NCBI GenBank assembly: GCA_965248535.1
Contig: CBDFJR010000002.1
Span: 2,304,001-2,368,000 of the forward strand
Direction: 5' to 3'
Source: Phormidesmis sp.
Lineage (GTDB): Bacteria > Cyanobacteriota > Cyanobacteriia > Leptolyngbyales > Leptolyngbyaceae
Length of the DNA stretch: 64,000 bases
The notes under the pieces are model-generated. The model searched no databases and was not told the DNA's origin. It saw only the letters and a list, made by a program, of their open reading frames with translations. Shown one piece after another: positions 10,171 to 20,987 of this stretch (positions are counted from its first letter, which is position 1; the number at the start of each line of letters is the position of its first letter). A program made the translations under genes and the position numbers.

Positions 10171-10944
10171 ATGGACGTTTACAGAATTTCGGCTCTGTCG
10201 GATAACTACATCTTTTTGCTGCATGATCCCGATGCTCAGATCGCGGCGGTGGTTGACCCCGCCGAGCCACAGCCTGTGCTCAAAAAACTTCAGGAACTAG
10301 GAGCAAAGCTGGTCGCAATCTTTAACACACACCACCACGGTGATCACGTTGGCGGCAATCGAGATTTGCTGCATGAGTTCCCCGACGCGATCGTTTACGG
10401 CGGCGCAGAAGATCGCGGCAGAATTCCCGGACAGGGTGTGTTTTTAAACGATGGCGATCGGGTCAAATTTGGCGATCGCTGGGCTGACGTTTTGTTTGTC
10501 CCCGGCCACACTCGCGCTCATATCGCTTACTATTTTCCGCCGATCACGATCGATGCAGCAGGCGAACTTTTTTGCGGTGACACATTATTTTCAGGAGGCT
10601 GCGGCAGATTGTTTGAAGGAACGCCCACTCAAATGGTGAATTCCCTCAGCAAACTTCGCGCCTTGCCTGACAATACGCGAGTTTGGTGCGCTCATGAGTA
10701 CACGCTAAACAATTTGAAATTTGCGGTGACGATCGACCGCGAAAATGCAGATCTACGATCGCGCTTTGCGGCCGTGCAAGCTGCTCGTAGCCAGAATGAA
10801 GCGACAATCCCCGCGTGGCTAGGGGTTGAGAAGCAGACCAATCCATTTTTGCGCTGGGATCAGCCGGGGGTGAGAAAGGCGATGGGCGATCGCGACCCGA
10901 TCGCGACCTTTGCAGCCCTGCGGCGGCAGAAGGATAGCTTTTAA
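10171..10944 (+). CDS. gloB: Hydroxyacylglutathione hydrolase (glyoxalase II)
   Basis: [42 protein letters not shown]. Confidence 0.95.
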   Translation: MDVYRISALSDNYIFLLHDPDAQIAAVVDPAEPQPVLKKLQELGAKLVAIFNTHHHGDHVGGNRDLLHEFPDAIVYGGAEDRGRIPGQGVFLNDGDRVKFGDRWADVLFVPGHTRAHIAYYFPPITIDAAGELFCGDTLFSGGCGRLFEGTPTQMVNSLSKLRALPDNTRVWCAHEYTLNNLKFAVTIDRENADLRSRFAAVQAARSQNEATIPAWLGVEKQTNPFLRWDQPGVRKAMGDRDPIATFAALRRQKDSF

Positions 10945-11873
10945 ATGAGGCGATAGGCGAGGGCGACCCATTCTTGCGATCGCAGACGATCGACTTCTTC
11001 AAACCCCGCTTCGATAAAAGCTTTCGTCACTTCATCGGCATAATCGAGGGTAAACCCCGCCGCGATCACCCTTCCTGACGGGCGCAGGGCTTGACGAAAG
11101 TCTGGTGCGATCGCGATGTGAATGCGGGCAAAAATGTTGGCGACGATCAGGTCAAACTCTGCGGCTGGCTCGATCGTCGGCACCTGTTCTTGAGTGGTTC
11201 CACCCATCCAGTGCCCTAAGTCGCTGCCGCGTCCGAGGCTGCCCTCGATCACCGTGACCTGTGCCTCAACTCCGTTTTGCCGAACCGCTTTTTGAGTCGC
11301 TTGCACCGCAGTGAGATCGTTGTCTAAGGCTAAAACGGTGGCTCCCAGTTTGGCGATCGCGACACTCAAAATTCCCGATCCGCATCCCAAATCCAGAACA
11401 GACATAGCAGGCTGAACCTGTCCTTCGAGCAGTTCTAAACTGAGCCTTGTAGCGGGGTGAAACCCACTCCCAAAGCTCAGAGAGGGTTTGAGCTTTAAGA
11501 GAATGTCTTGGGGCTGGGGTTGATAGCGCGTGTCAGGAGACAGCACGACAAACCGCTGACCGATGCGATGCAAACGATCGCCCGCCTCAATCGGCTTCTC
11601 ATCAACCGTTGCGATTTCGAGCGCGGTGGTCAGTCCGGTTCGCTGCAAGGGTGAGAGCAAGGCTGCAATTTTTTCTAGCTGACTAGCCCCGACGGGATTG
11701 GATAGATATAAACAGAGGGTGACCGCCCAATCGGGTTGAGGGCTGGTCGAGCGATCGGGCGATCGATAGTCAATAATCTGAATCTCATCGGTGTAATTAG
11801 CCTCAGCCAGCAGGGTGCACACCCAGTCAACGGCTTCATAGGTGGCGCTTAGACTCAACTCTATCCACGACAT
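10941..11873 (-). CDS. PrmA-like (ribosomal protein L11) SAM-dependent methyltransferase
   Basis: [30 protein letters not shown]. Confidence 0.82.
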   Translation of the reverse strand: MSWIELSLSATYEAVDWVCTLLAEANYTDEIQIIDYRSPDRSTSPQPDWAVTLCLYLSNPVGASQLEKIAALLSPLQRTGLTTALEIATVDEKPIEAGDRLHRIGQRFVVLSPDTRYQPQPQDILLKLKPSLSFGSGFHPATRLSLELLEGQVQPAMSVLDLGCGSGILSVAIAKLGATVLALDNDLTAVQATQKAVRQNGVEAQVTVIEGSLGRGSDLGHWMGGTTQEQVPTIEPAAEFDLIVANIFARIHIAIAPDFRQALRPSGRVIAAGFTLDYADEVTKAFIEAGFEEVDRLRSQEWVALAYRLI

Positions 11874-11935
11874 CTTCTTTTTTAGGGCAAACAGGAGGAC
11901 AATTTTTTGCCGAATCGAGGCTTGCGACGCTGGGG

Positions 11936-12751
11936 CTAAAGGGATGGAGACGGCTCAACCCACACGCGCATCTCGTTGAGTTGCAGGGGCCCAAACTGGG
12001 TCGCGAGGGCAACATCGGCAGCATCTCGGCCATAGGCGATCGCGACTCGGTTTCCTCGCGGCTGCGGTTGAGTGGCATCAAACGTAAACCAGCGCCCTTG
12101 GGGGTCTTGGCTCTGCGATTCGCCCACAAACGCCTCAAACCAAGCGTGCAGATCCATGGGGTCAAGCTGATAGAGATAGCCCACCACCATGCGCGCCGGA
12201 ATGTTGAGGCTGCGGCATAGGGCAATGCCCAAGTGGGCAAAATCTCGACACACGCCTACCCGATCGTGGGCCGTTTCAAAGGCTGAAGTCGAGGCATCAC
12301 TGGTGCCATATTGATAATCAATATGAGTGTGAATCCAGTCGCGAATCGCGTCTACCTGGTCATAGCCGGGCGCACGATCGCCCACAATTTTAGTGGCTAA
12401 ATCACCCAAGCGATCGCTGGGGCAATAGCGGCTCGGCAGCAAAAACTGAAGCACTCCATCGGGGATATTTTGCACAGGAACAAAGGGGGCACCCGGCTGA
12501 ACATCAATGCTATCGGCAGTTTCGGCACTGGCAATGGCCCGAACTCGAAACGGCCCTTGCGGAGTCACTAACCGCTGGCACAAATTACCATAGCTGTCGG
12601 TATATTCAACCATTGGCACGCTCGGCTCAAGCAGATATTCTTCGCGAAAGATCCACTGTCCTAACCCACTTCGAGGTCTGAGCATGAGAATCACAGGCGT
12701 TGGCACGCTCGCCTCAAACAAGATTTCACACCCCGCATCCAACCGCATCAT
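11936..12751 (-). CDS. Transglutaminase-like protein
   Basis: GVCRDFAHL, HAWFEA, FDAT catalytic triad motifs. Confidence 0.88.
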   Translation of the reverse strand: MMRLDAGCEILFEASVPTPVILMLRPRSGLGQWIFREEYLLEPSVPMVEYTDSYGNLCQRLVTPQGPFRVRAIASAETADSIDVQPGAPFVPVQNIPDGVLQFLLPSRYCPSDRLGDLATKIVGDRAPGYDQVDAIRDWIHTHIDYQYGTSDASTSAFETAHDRVGVCRDFAHLGIALCRSLNIPARMVVGYLYQLDPMDLHAWFEAFVGESQSQDPQGRWFTFDATQPQPRGNRVAIAYGRDAADVALATQFGPLQLNEMRVWVEPSPSL

Positions 12752-12777
12752 TTTTGATCACTGACGACTTAAATAGT

Positions 12778-13071
12778 CTATCGAAGGATCTCGTAGAAAT
12801 GTTCGACAACGGGAACCGGATCATAAAAGTGATGGAGTAACTGTTTCCAGATTTGATAGCCGGGAGATTGGCGAAACCCGATCGTATGGGCTTCAAGCGT
12901 CTCCCACCGAACGAGGAGAAGATAGCGATCGTCCACTTCAATGCACTTTTGCAACTCGTGAGACAAATATCCCGGCATTGAAGCAATGATGGGAGAGGCT
13001 TTTCTAAAAGCGTTCTCAAACTCACCGCTCAGTCCTGATTTAATGGTGAGAACTGCAACTTCAAGAATCAT
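12778..13071 (-). CDS. Antibiotic biosynthesis monooxygenase (ABM) family protein
   Basis: MPGYLSHEL...YLLLVRWETLEAH..GFRQS. Confidence 0.85.
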   Translation of the reverse strand: MILEVAVLTIKSGLSGEFENAFRKASPIIASMPGYLSHELQKCIEVDDRYLLLVRWETLEAHTIGFRQSPGYQIWKQLLHHFYDPVPVVEHFYEILR

Positions 13072-13164
13072 GGTTTTTTTGCTCTATCCGAACCTTCGGA
13101 CGCTATCAATAGACCGATATTGCTTTCTGAATGCCTTTATCACCAGGGCTGAAGTGTGTAGGGC

Positions 13165-14985
13165 TTAAGCACTGGCTAATTGCAGGCAGCGATCGCCCGT
13201 TAACAACGGCTGCATCTCATCAGCCGGGATCGGAGGGCTATAGAGAAAGCCCTGCATAATCTGACAGCCAATCTCTTGCAAAAAGGTCACCTGTTTCTGA
13301 GTTTCTACACCTTCAGCAATCACGTTTAGCTGAAGACTCTGCGCCATCATAATAATCGCGGTTGAGATGGCCGCCGCCCCGCTATTAATAGCCCCCTGCC
13401 GCACAAACGTTTGATCGATTTTGAGAGCATCGATCGGCAGGTCAGACAGGTAGTTGAGCGACGAATAGCCTGTGCCAAAATCGTCAAGAGAAATCTCCAC
13501 GCCGAGTTGTTTTAACTCTCGCAAAACGGCAACGGTTGCGCCGACATCCTCCATCAAAATCGACTCGGTTAGCTCTAAAACCAACAGCTTTGGGTTGAGA
13601 CCCGTTTCGGCTAAAATTTGCCCTACTCTCTGTGCCAGCTTTTCTTGCTGAAACTGCCGCATTGAGAGGTTTACAGCGACTTTTAGGGGCATCAAGCTGA
13701 GAGTCTGCCAGCTTTGAACTTGAGCACAGGCGGCTCTCAGCACCCATTCTCCCAAGGTCACGATCAGCCCCATTTCTTCAGCGATCGGAATGAAGATCTT
13801 GGGCGGAATCATGCCTCGCTGCGGGTGATGCCAGCGCAGCAGGGCTTCTACGCCAATGATCCGTCCGGTCGCTAAGTGCACTTGAGGCTGATAATAAAGC
13901 TGAAACTCAGACGGTTTTAGCCCAGACGCGGTTTGCTCGGCGATCGCGTTGCTGAGATCGGCTTCGATCAGCCGCCGCTCAACCTCTAGAGCATCCATCG
14001 TCAGACTATAGACCATATAGCCACTCTGGCCCTGTTTTTGGCACCAGCGTCTTGCCGTCTCTGCCTGCACCAAGAGCCGTTCGGGGCTGCTGCCGTGCTG
14101 ATGTTGCAGCGCGATGCCAATGCTGACTTGAATCTGAATTTTGTGGGCTGTCAGCAGATAAGGAGCCGTAACTTCGACCAAAATGGCTTGGGCAATGCCC
14201 ACTAAATCTTGTTCTTGAGGATGCCCGGTGACGATGATACCAAATTCATCAGCCCCCAATCGAGCGACGGTCGCCTGACTGCCGATCGCTTTGACGAGGC
14301 GCTTGGATAGCTCTTGCAGCAAGCGATCGCCGATGTGATAACCAAACGAGGTGTTGACGGTTCTAAAGCGGTTGACGTTGAGGCAGAAAACCGCGATCGC
14401 TGCATCGCCTCGGTTGATCTGACCAATGCTCACTAAGGACTGTCTAGCCAAAATCTGCTGAAGCTGTTGATAAAACAGCGTGCGATTGGGAAGATGGGTT
14501 AGGGGGTCTAGATAAGCCGAGCCTGGCAGTAGACTGGGGAGGGGTGGCTGGCGTTTGGCAAAGATCTGGGTCAACCCTACATATTTTCGCAATCGAGACG
14601 AAATCGCTTCTAACAGGTCTTCGATCGCGCAGGGTTTAATGAGATAGTCATCGGCTCCGAGGTTCATTCCTTGACGGATCTCAGCCCGTTCTCCTTTAGC
14701 GGTGAGAAAAATAATTGGAATCGCGGCCGTTTGGGGATCACGACGCAAAACATTGAGCACGCCATAACCATCCAGTTCGGGCATCCCAATATCACACAAA
14801 ATCAGATCAGGCAAGTAGGTCTTGGCTTGCTCTACCCCCATTACCCCCCCGTTGGCCCCGATCGCCTGAAATCCTTCTAGCTGCAAGATCTCCAGTAGGT
14901 TATCAAGAATTATCTCCTCATTTTCGATCACTAGAATGGTCGCCATTTGAACTTTTGTAGGGAACTGGTCAAGTCGGCACGACAT
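13165..14985 (-). CDS. REC-GGDEF(degenerate)-EAL protein, probable c-di-GMP phosphodiesterase (true start may be 14944)
   Basis: REC DLILCDIGMP; GADEF in place of GGDEF; intact EAL motifs VEALLRW, LDDFGTGYSS, AEGVET. Confidence 0.88.
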   Translation of the reverse strand: MSCRLDQFPTKVQMATILVIENEEIILDNLLEILQLEGFQAIGANGGVMGVEQAKTYLPDLILCDIGMPELDGYGVLNVLRRDPQTAAIPIIFLTAKGERAEIRQGMNLGADDYLIKPCAIEDLLEAISSRLRKYVGLTQIFAKRQPPLPSLLPGSAYLDPLTHLPNRTLFYQQLQQILARQSLVSIGQINRGDAAIAVFCLNVNRFRTVNTSFGYHIGDRLLQELSKRLVKAIGSQATVARLGADEFGIIVTGHPQEQDLVGIAQAILVEVTAPYLLTAHKIQIQVSIGIALQHQHGSSPERLLVQAETARRWCQKQGQSGYMVYSLTMDALEVERRLIEADLSNAIAEQTASGLKPSEFQLYYQPQVHLATGRIIGVEALLRWHHPQRGMIPPKIFIPIAEEMGLIVTLGEWVLRAACAQVQSWQTLSLMPLKVAVNLSMRQFQQEKLAQRVGQILAETGLNPKLLVLELTESILMEDVGATVAVLRELKQLGVEISLDDFGTGYSSLNYLSDLPIDALKIDQTFVRQGAINSGAAAISTAIIMMAQSLQLNVIAEGVETQKQVTFLQEIGCQIMQGFLYSPPIPADEMQPLLTGDRCLQLASA

Positions 14986-15969
14986 CTCGCAACGATGTCT
15001 ACATTGAAGAATCTAACAAGCAGAGAGACTGGAGTCTGTTTCAATCAACCTTAGAGAAGAGAAAGCCTGCTGCCACCTGCTTTATTTGGGAACCGTAAGG
15101 TTTGACGATCGCCCCACCTAAGATCAGCCATTAAGTTGGGGTTGCCGCAATTTTAGACAAACCCTAACTAGAGACTGCACCCTGATCAACTGTCGTCATC
15201 TAGTTGAGGTGAGACAACCTGCGTTTAGTAGGTCGCCCGCCTCTTAAATCAATTGTTACAAAGTCTACTGAGGCAGTTAAATGGTCGATAAGTAGTTTGT
15301 TCACGGTCTATGCACCCTTCACCATCTAGCATTAACGAATCAAATTAAGAACTTATGTTCTCAAGTAATGACAATCTCCACTTACCCGTATAGTGCTTTC
15401 TATCACATTTATGTTCGGATAAACCATTAAAAAAACCTAGAATTTAAGAACGCCGCTGCCCACATCATCAGAAAATACCCTCGTTTTTTGGGTGCTCAAA
15501 GACGGTTTAACTCAAGTTTTGTGCGCCATCCGAGAAGCGATTCCCTGTCCTCAATCTGAGAAAGCCCTGGGTTCGGCTTCTCAAAATTTGGGGAAGGATA
15601 GAAACAAGTCTATGGCTGACTGAAAACTTCATAAAACTCCGATTTGATTAACTTAATGATGAATCTTACAGTTTATAAAAGCAAATTGGGTGACTGAGGA
15701 GAGCAATCAGGGATGTTTAGTGAGATGCACCCTGTTAAAAACCTCTAACTGATGAGATCGCAAAATTCTTTATGGGTTTAAGACTAATGAGCGATTAAAC
15801 CCATAAGCTATTAGATAAGCCTCTGAGTTTTTTGGGGATTGGCGGCAATTCTAAAGTCTCAGCATAAATTCTGCCTATGCTCTATGCAGTAGGATTAGAA
15901 TCTGCTTTCATGGTTTAGGCAATCTACTTAACGTCGTTAAATATTTCGTTTCGTTAATTATTTATATCA

Positions 15970-17319
15970 GTGTCGTCACTTAATACTGGAATGCCTCATC
16001 GACCTCAGCAAATAAAAAGAAAACGAGGTATTGTCCTTAGCTCAAAGGGCTGGCAGCGCTTGCAGAGTGCAGAGCAGCGATCGGTGAGCCAAAACAACCT
16101 AGGAAAAGCGTTTACGCTGCAAGAGTTGAGTGAGCGAACGGGACTTAGCCCCAACACTCTGGCCAGAGTGCGAAGCCGTAAGGTTGCTGTCGATCAACAA
16201 ACGTTAGAAAACTACTTTCGGGCCTTTGACCTGACTCTGGGTTTAGATGACTATGCTGACTCAGAGGCAGCGATCGCTAACATTCGACAGCCCGTGCTTT
16301 TGAGCGGTCAACTCCCCCTTGACTCGGCTTTTTATGTGCAGCGATCGCCGATCGAGTCGATGTGTTATGAAGCCATTTTGCAGCCTGGTGCCCTGCTGCG
16401 GATCAAAGCTCCTCGGCAGATGGGCAAGACCTCTCTAGTGGCCCGCGTGTTGGCTCAGGCGCGAGAGCAGCAGTTTGCTACCGCTATTTCTAGCTTGCAG
16501 CTTGCAGATTCGACGGTTTTCACTGATTTGAAGCGATTTTTGCAGTGGTTTTGCGCGATCGTCAGTCAAAACCTAGGCTTGCCCAATCAGGTTGATAAAT
16601 ATTGGGATGATCTGTTTGGCAATAGCTATAACTGCACCAATTATTTTGAAAAGTATATCCTGGCTGAGATCGAAACGCCCATAGCCTTGGCGTTTGATGA
16701 AGTCGATGTCGTGTTTGACTACCCAGACATCGCCACCGATTTTTTTGGCATGATGCGAGCCTGGTATGAGAAAGCCCGCTATGGAGACGGCAGAAGCGAT
16801 CTGTGGCAAAAACTGCGGCTTGTGTTGGTGCATTCCACTGAGGTGTATGTCCCTTTAAATATTCACCAGTCGCCGTTTAATGCTGGGTTAGCGATCGAGC
16901 TACCGCCCTTTAATCAAGAGCAAGTGCAAGACCTAGCGCTGCGCTATGGTGTTGATGACCCAGAAGGCTGTGCAACTGCGCTGTTGACGCTTGTGGGTGG
17001 CAGCCCCTATCTGGTGCAGCTAGGGCTGCATCATTTGAGCTTGCAAGATGTCACTCTCAAGCAGTTGACCGAGATGGCGATCATCACAGACGGCATCTAT
17101 AGCGGGCACCTGCGAAACCTGCTGTGGGATTTGCAGAGATATCCAGAGCTAGTAGCGACTTTTAAGCGAGTTGTGTTGTCACCGATTCCCGTTGAGGTCG
17201 AGGCGATTCAGGCTTTTAAGCTACAAAGCAAGGGGTTGGTGCGACTCTATGGACAGCAACTGGTGCCCAGTTGTCATCTCTATCGCAAATATTTTTCTCA
17301 GGCATTGGTGACTGGTTGA
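15970..17319 (+). CDS. AAA-like (AAA_35-type) ATPase with N-terminal HTH-like region
   Basis: TLQELSERTGLSPNTLARV; Walker A APRQMGKT; FDEVD; SPFNAG. Confidence 0.8.
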   Translation: MSSLNTGMPHRPQQIKRKRGIVLSSKGWQRLQSAEQRSVSQNNLGKAFTLQELSERTGLSPNTLARVRSRKVAVDQQTLENYFRAFDLTLGLDDYADSEAAIANIRQPVLLSGQLPLDSAFYVQRSPIESMCYEAILQPGALLRIKAPRQMGKTSLVARVLAQAREQQFATAISSLQLADSTVFTDLKRFLQWFCAIVSQNLGLPNQVDKYWDDLFGNSYNCTNYFEKYILAEIETPIALAFDEVDVVFDYPDIATDFFGMMRAWYEKARYGDGRSDLWQKLRLVLVHSTEVYVPLNIHQSPFNAGLAIELPPFNQEQVQDLALRYGVDDPEGCATALLTLVGGSPYLVQLGLHHLSLQDVTLKQLTEMAIITDGIYSGHLRNLLWDLQRYPELVATFKRVVLSPIPVEVEAIQAFKLQSKGLVRLYGQQLVPSCHLYRKYFSQALVTG

Positions 17320-17331
17320 TACTCCCCATGC

Positions 17332-18594
17332 CTAAAGGCTAGGGGATTCTTGAAGAGTCCATAAACGAACCTTCAAAGGCGTTAACAAAGCGCCCCTACT
17401 GACTCCCTCAAGGCATAGCCCTAAAGTTGCCGCTACTTTTCTAAGAATGTTCGCCGCTCCGTTGCAATCAGCATTAATGTATTGATTGTTAGCGGGGCGA
17501 TACAAGCCGCGCTTCACCCGCTTACCTGACTCTTTCCACCCTTCGGGTTTTGCACCGATTGTAGGCAGGAAATCGCTATCAACGAATGAAGCCTTTGACG
17601 TGTAGGATTCTTCAGTTTCAACAAATTGAATCCCATGCTGCTCACACATTTGGGAGATTCTCTCTTTTAGTCTGGCTGTGGGAATCTGCACAAACTTCTG
17701 ATTGGTTTTCTTCCCCATGTTCGCGCCGTCTTTTTGCCCCTTATTCCAGCCAAAAACGACGGTGCCTATTTTGTTTTCTAAGCAGTGATTGACAACTTTT
17801 CTAGCCGCTTTGTTGATCGCGTCCCTCACCTGTCGATTGCGCTTTTCAGTGATAGCAGCTAATCGCTTAGACCAAAAGCCTTGAGGTTGATTCTCTTTCA
17901 GTGTGGCAATCCGCTTGTTATAGAACTGATTCAGGCTTTTAAGATGCAACCCGTCCACGATGAACGACGTGCCCACGTTGGAGATGCCTGTTAGCCAGTT
18001 ATTGATCCCGTGATCAATCCCTAGCGCGTTAGCGGGGTCAACATCTGTATGGACGGCTTCAACTTTGTAGATTAGCTCCAAGTAGAAGCAACCATTCCTA
18101 GGCAGAATCCGATACTCTCTAATCGCTTTGAAGTCTAGGTTTGAAGGCATGGGCAGATAAAAGGCATCCAACCCAAACCACGTTTTGACCTTGCTACCTA
18201 GCGGGAATCTCAAACCCTGATCTTTTAGCTTTACCGCTTGACCCGGAAAGGTGATGAGCGCTAACCCTCCATCTCGATAGCCTGGTAGCTTTGGTTTTTG
18301 GGTTACGGTTCCTTTTTTGATGCCTTTCAAAAGCCCAATATAGGACTTAAACGACTCTGCCACCGTCGTTAGGCATTGTTGAGCGACTTGAGAATGCAAC
18401 GCTTGAAAATGTGGGTTTTTACCCATTTCACGATGCAAGTCAAACTTGCTGGGAATTTTGCCAGTCTTGAAATATAGCTGACGAGCGTAGTACGTTCCGC
18501 AATTTCTCAATTTTGAAGACTCAGAGCAAACAAACTCTAAAATCGCTTTTAGCTCTTTATCTGGACTGATTAGAATTTGCTGACATCCAAACAT
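17332..18594 (-). CDS. tnpB: TnpB (IS605 OrfB), variant lacking the Zn finger
   Basis: ALGIDHG (RuvC-I), VFGWNKGQK, ETEESYTSKAS, RVKRGLY, NADCNGAANI; RBS GGAGG upstream. Confidence 0.92.
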   Translation of the reverse strand: MFGCQQILISPDKELKAILEFVCSESSKLRNCGTYYARQLYFKTGKIPSKFDLHREMGKNPHFQALHSQVAQQCLTTVAESFKSYIGLLKGIKKGTVTQKPKLPGYRDGGLALITFPGQAVKLKDQGLRFPLGSKVKTWFGLDAFYLPMPSNLDFKAIREYRILPRNGCFYLELIYKVEAVHTDVDPANALGIDHGINNWLTGISNVGTSFIVDGLHLKSLNQFYNKRIATLKENQPQGFWSKRLAAITEKRNRQVRDAINKAARKVVNHCLENKIGTVVFGWNKGQKDGANMGKKTNQKFVQIPTARLKERISQMCEQHGIQFVETEESYTSKASFVDSDFLPTIGAKPEGWKESGKRVKRGLYRPANNQYINADCNGAANILRKVAATLGLCLEGVSRGALLTPLKVRLWTLQESPSL

Positions 18595-18649
18595 TGATTT
18601 AACCTCCTATGTTATGATTATACAGCATAGAGCTATCTAATTAAAGAAA

Positions 18650-19034
18650 ATGTCTGGCGAATTTAAGTCGAATTCTAATATTGTTTATGCTGCAAGTTTC
18701 ACGTTATCTTTTGCCCCAAATACAGGCGACACGTTTTGATAGATGGGATTGACATTGAAGGAAATCATCGCAGAACTGGCTAAAGAATTGAAGTTTGAAG
18801 TTGAGGAGATTGAAATTATGCCTGACCACGTTCACTTACTGATTGACTGCGAGTTCGGGATTCATCGGACGTGAAAATGATTAAAGGTCGGTCTTCTAGG
18901 TTCTTAAGAAGGAGTTTCCTTGGCTGAAGTCTAGAATCCCAACTCTGTGGACTAACTCGTATTTTGTTGCGACGGTGGGAGGAGCGCCGTTAGAAGTGGT
19001 TAAGAAGTACATTGCTGATCAGAAAATTAGATAG
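18650..19034 (+). pseudogene. tnpA: IS200-type Y1 transposase TnpA, multiply frameshifted
   Basis: Fragments FHVIFCPKYRR, IMPDHVHLLID (HUH), IKGRSSR and LWTNSYFVATVGGAPLEVVKKYIADQ separated by frameshifts. Confidence 0.88.
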
Positions 19035-19209
19035 TCTGTGGCTTGACAGCCACTTGAGAACCCCTTTTCCATCCCTATATCTAAAGCTAGGGGCTTTAAG
19101 GGTTCTCAAACTCTCCGTTCCGGTAATAAAGGGTGACTAAGAGTAGACGTAGATTAACTAGAAAGTGATCATTCAGAGTTCAGCAACGTGAACGATTGAG
19201 CGACACTCA

Positions 19210-19506
19210 TTAATGAATTAATAACATAATGGCTGCGATCGCTACCGATGTGATCACCAATGCAAAAATGATTGCGTTATCTAACTGTTTGCTAAACACT
19301 CTGACAATCACAATTAGACAAATCACCAACACTAGAGCACCCACAGAAGCGATCGTTCCCCAACCGTGGGCCACTAGCGGATCGTTGTTGCTGTCTTGCG
19401 ATCGATAGGGATTGTGCGGATCTTCTAAAATGGCGGCGATTGAGAAGGAGTGAGCTAGGATTGCTCCCTGCAAATTGCTTATTGAATTCAGTAAAATGCT
19501 GTTCAT
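19210..19506 (-). CDS. Small membrane protein, last gene of oxidase operon
   Basis: Two hydrophobic helices; 2 nt after the NDH-2 stop. Confidence 0.55.
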   Translation of the reverse strand: MNSILLNSISNLQGAILAHSFSIAAILEDPHNPYRSQDSNNDPLVAHGWGTIASVGALVLVICLIVIVRVFSKQLDNAIIFALVITSVAIAAIMLLIH

Positions 19507-19508
19507 GG

Positions 19509-20954
19509 CTACACTTTTTTTGTCTGATCGCTGAGAGTGTTGATTAGTTTTTGAGCAATGACTGCCCCGATCGCTAGTCCACCTACGATTTCTGCCGCCT
19601 GCACCGTTCGCTTGACGACGCTGGGTTGAGCACGGTCAAACATCTCTTCTCGAAGCCACTGGGTAGTTGCCTTGAAATTGTGGATAGGAGTCGGCAACAA
19701 CTCAAGATAAGCACCCTGTCGAATCAGATGCCCTGCCTCACCCTCAATTTGGATCGCGTCAAAAATATTGGCAACACTGTTCTCTAAACCCAGTTTGAGC
19801 AAGGTGCCGCGAAGACCGATGTGAGCGGGTTTGAGGTCATATCCTAGGGCCAAAGCTTTTAGGTTATAAGCGATCGCGGCTCCTTGCTGATAGGCAACCT
19901 GGGCGGTTGGCGGCAGCGGCTTTGCATCTGGATGTTTTGCTTCAGCGTGATTTGACTGATCGGGCTGCGGCTGGGAATGCTCGTATTCGTCGCCCTTGCG
20001 ATCGCTAGACTGGAGATCAACTGCACAGTCTCCACCTGCAAACACATCAGGAAAATCGGGGAGTTGTAAGGTCGGCAGGAGGTGCAGTCGGCCCTGCTTG
20101 TCGCGGTGCTGATCGGGAATCGGCAGCGACTTAATCAATGGGTGCGTCGTCGTTCCGGCTGTCCAAATAATGGTGCTTGCTACGGCTTCTCGCGGCTGTT
20201 GATCTAGCTGATATTCGACCTTACCGGGACGAATGGCGCTCACTTTAGCTCTGACCATCATCTCAACCGGGACGGCTCGATCGTGCAGGGCAGCTTCGGC
20301 CGTTTCGCGCAGACGACTGTTGACATCGCCTTCAAGAATCTTGCCATGCGTGATTAACCCAACGCTGACTTCTTGGGGGTTGCCGCCCATCGCTGCATAC
20401 CATTGTGGGATCAGATCAGCCAGGGTGGCCGTCATCTCAACGCCCGTCGGCCCGCCCCCAATGACCACGATCGCCAGCAGGCGGCGACGCTGAATCTCGT
20501 CGCTCAGTTGCATTGCTTGTTGCAGGCAGTCGCGGAGGTGATGATCGATCGCGATCGCGTCCGCTTGAGTCCGAAAGGGCAGGGCGTGTTCGGCTGCGCC
20601 TTCAACGTTGAAATATCCGGTCACGCTGCCCAAAGCTAGAACTAGATTGCTGTAGGAATACTGGTTGCCAGAGGTCAGTTGAATATGCTTTTGAGACAAG
20701 TCGATCGCCTGCACCGTGTCTTGCACCAAGATAACGCCACTGCGATCGAGCAATTCTTGATAGCGGGGCACCACCTGATTTGGTTTCATTTCACCACTGA
20801 AATATTCATAGAGCAGGGGTTTAAAGCAAAAGCGATCGTTTTGATCGATCAGAATCACCGATCGAGGATAGTGCTGATGGCTCAGATGCAGCGCGGTAAA
20901 CAAACCAGCAAATCCGCCACCCAAAATAACCGTTTGATGAACACTATTAGACAT
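19509..20954 (-). CDS. Type II NADH:quinone oxidoreductase-like FAD flavoprotein
   Basis: ILGGGFAG, VIGGGPTGVE, VFAGGDCA, PPTAQVAYQQG. Confidence 0.87.
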   Translation of the reverse strand: MSNSVHQTVILGGGFAGLFTALHLSHQHYPRSVILIDQNDRFCFKPLLYEYFSGEMKPNQVVPRYQELLDRSGVILVQDTVQAIDLSQKHIQLTSGNQYSYSNLVLALGSVTGYFNVEGAAEHALPFRTQADAIAIDHHLRDCLQQAMQLSDEIQRRRLLAIVVIGGGPTGVEMTATLADLIPQWYAAMGGNPQEVSVGLITHGKILEGDVNSRLRETAEAALHDRAVPVEMMVRAKVSAIRPGKVEYQLDQQPREAVASTIIWTAGTTTHPLIKSLPIPDQHRDKQGRLHLLPTLQLPDFPDVFAGGDCAVDLQSSDRKGDEYEHSQPQPDQSNHAEAKHPDAKPLPPTAQVAYQQGAAIAYNLKALALGYDLKPAHIGLRGTLLKLGLENSVANIFDAIQIEGEAGHLIRQGAYLELLPTPIHNFKATTQWLREEMFDRAQPSVVKRTVQAAEIVGGLAIGAVIAQKLINTLSDQTKKV

Positions 20955-20987
20955 GAGAAATCTCCTTAGAGGTTAACAGTATGATGA

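Larger units (their letters stand above)
17316..19122 (-). mobile_element. IS200/IS605-family element (divergent tnpA pseudogene + tnpB) with IS608-type ends
   Basis: Minus strand: left TTAC (19123-19126) ... AAAG (19094-19097) + hairpin; right GAAT (17346-17349) + hairpin + TCAA (17316-17319). Confidence 0.85.
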
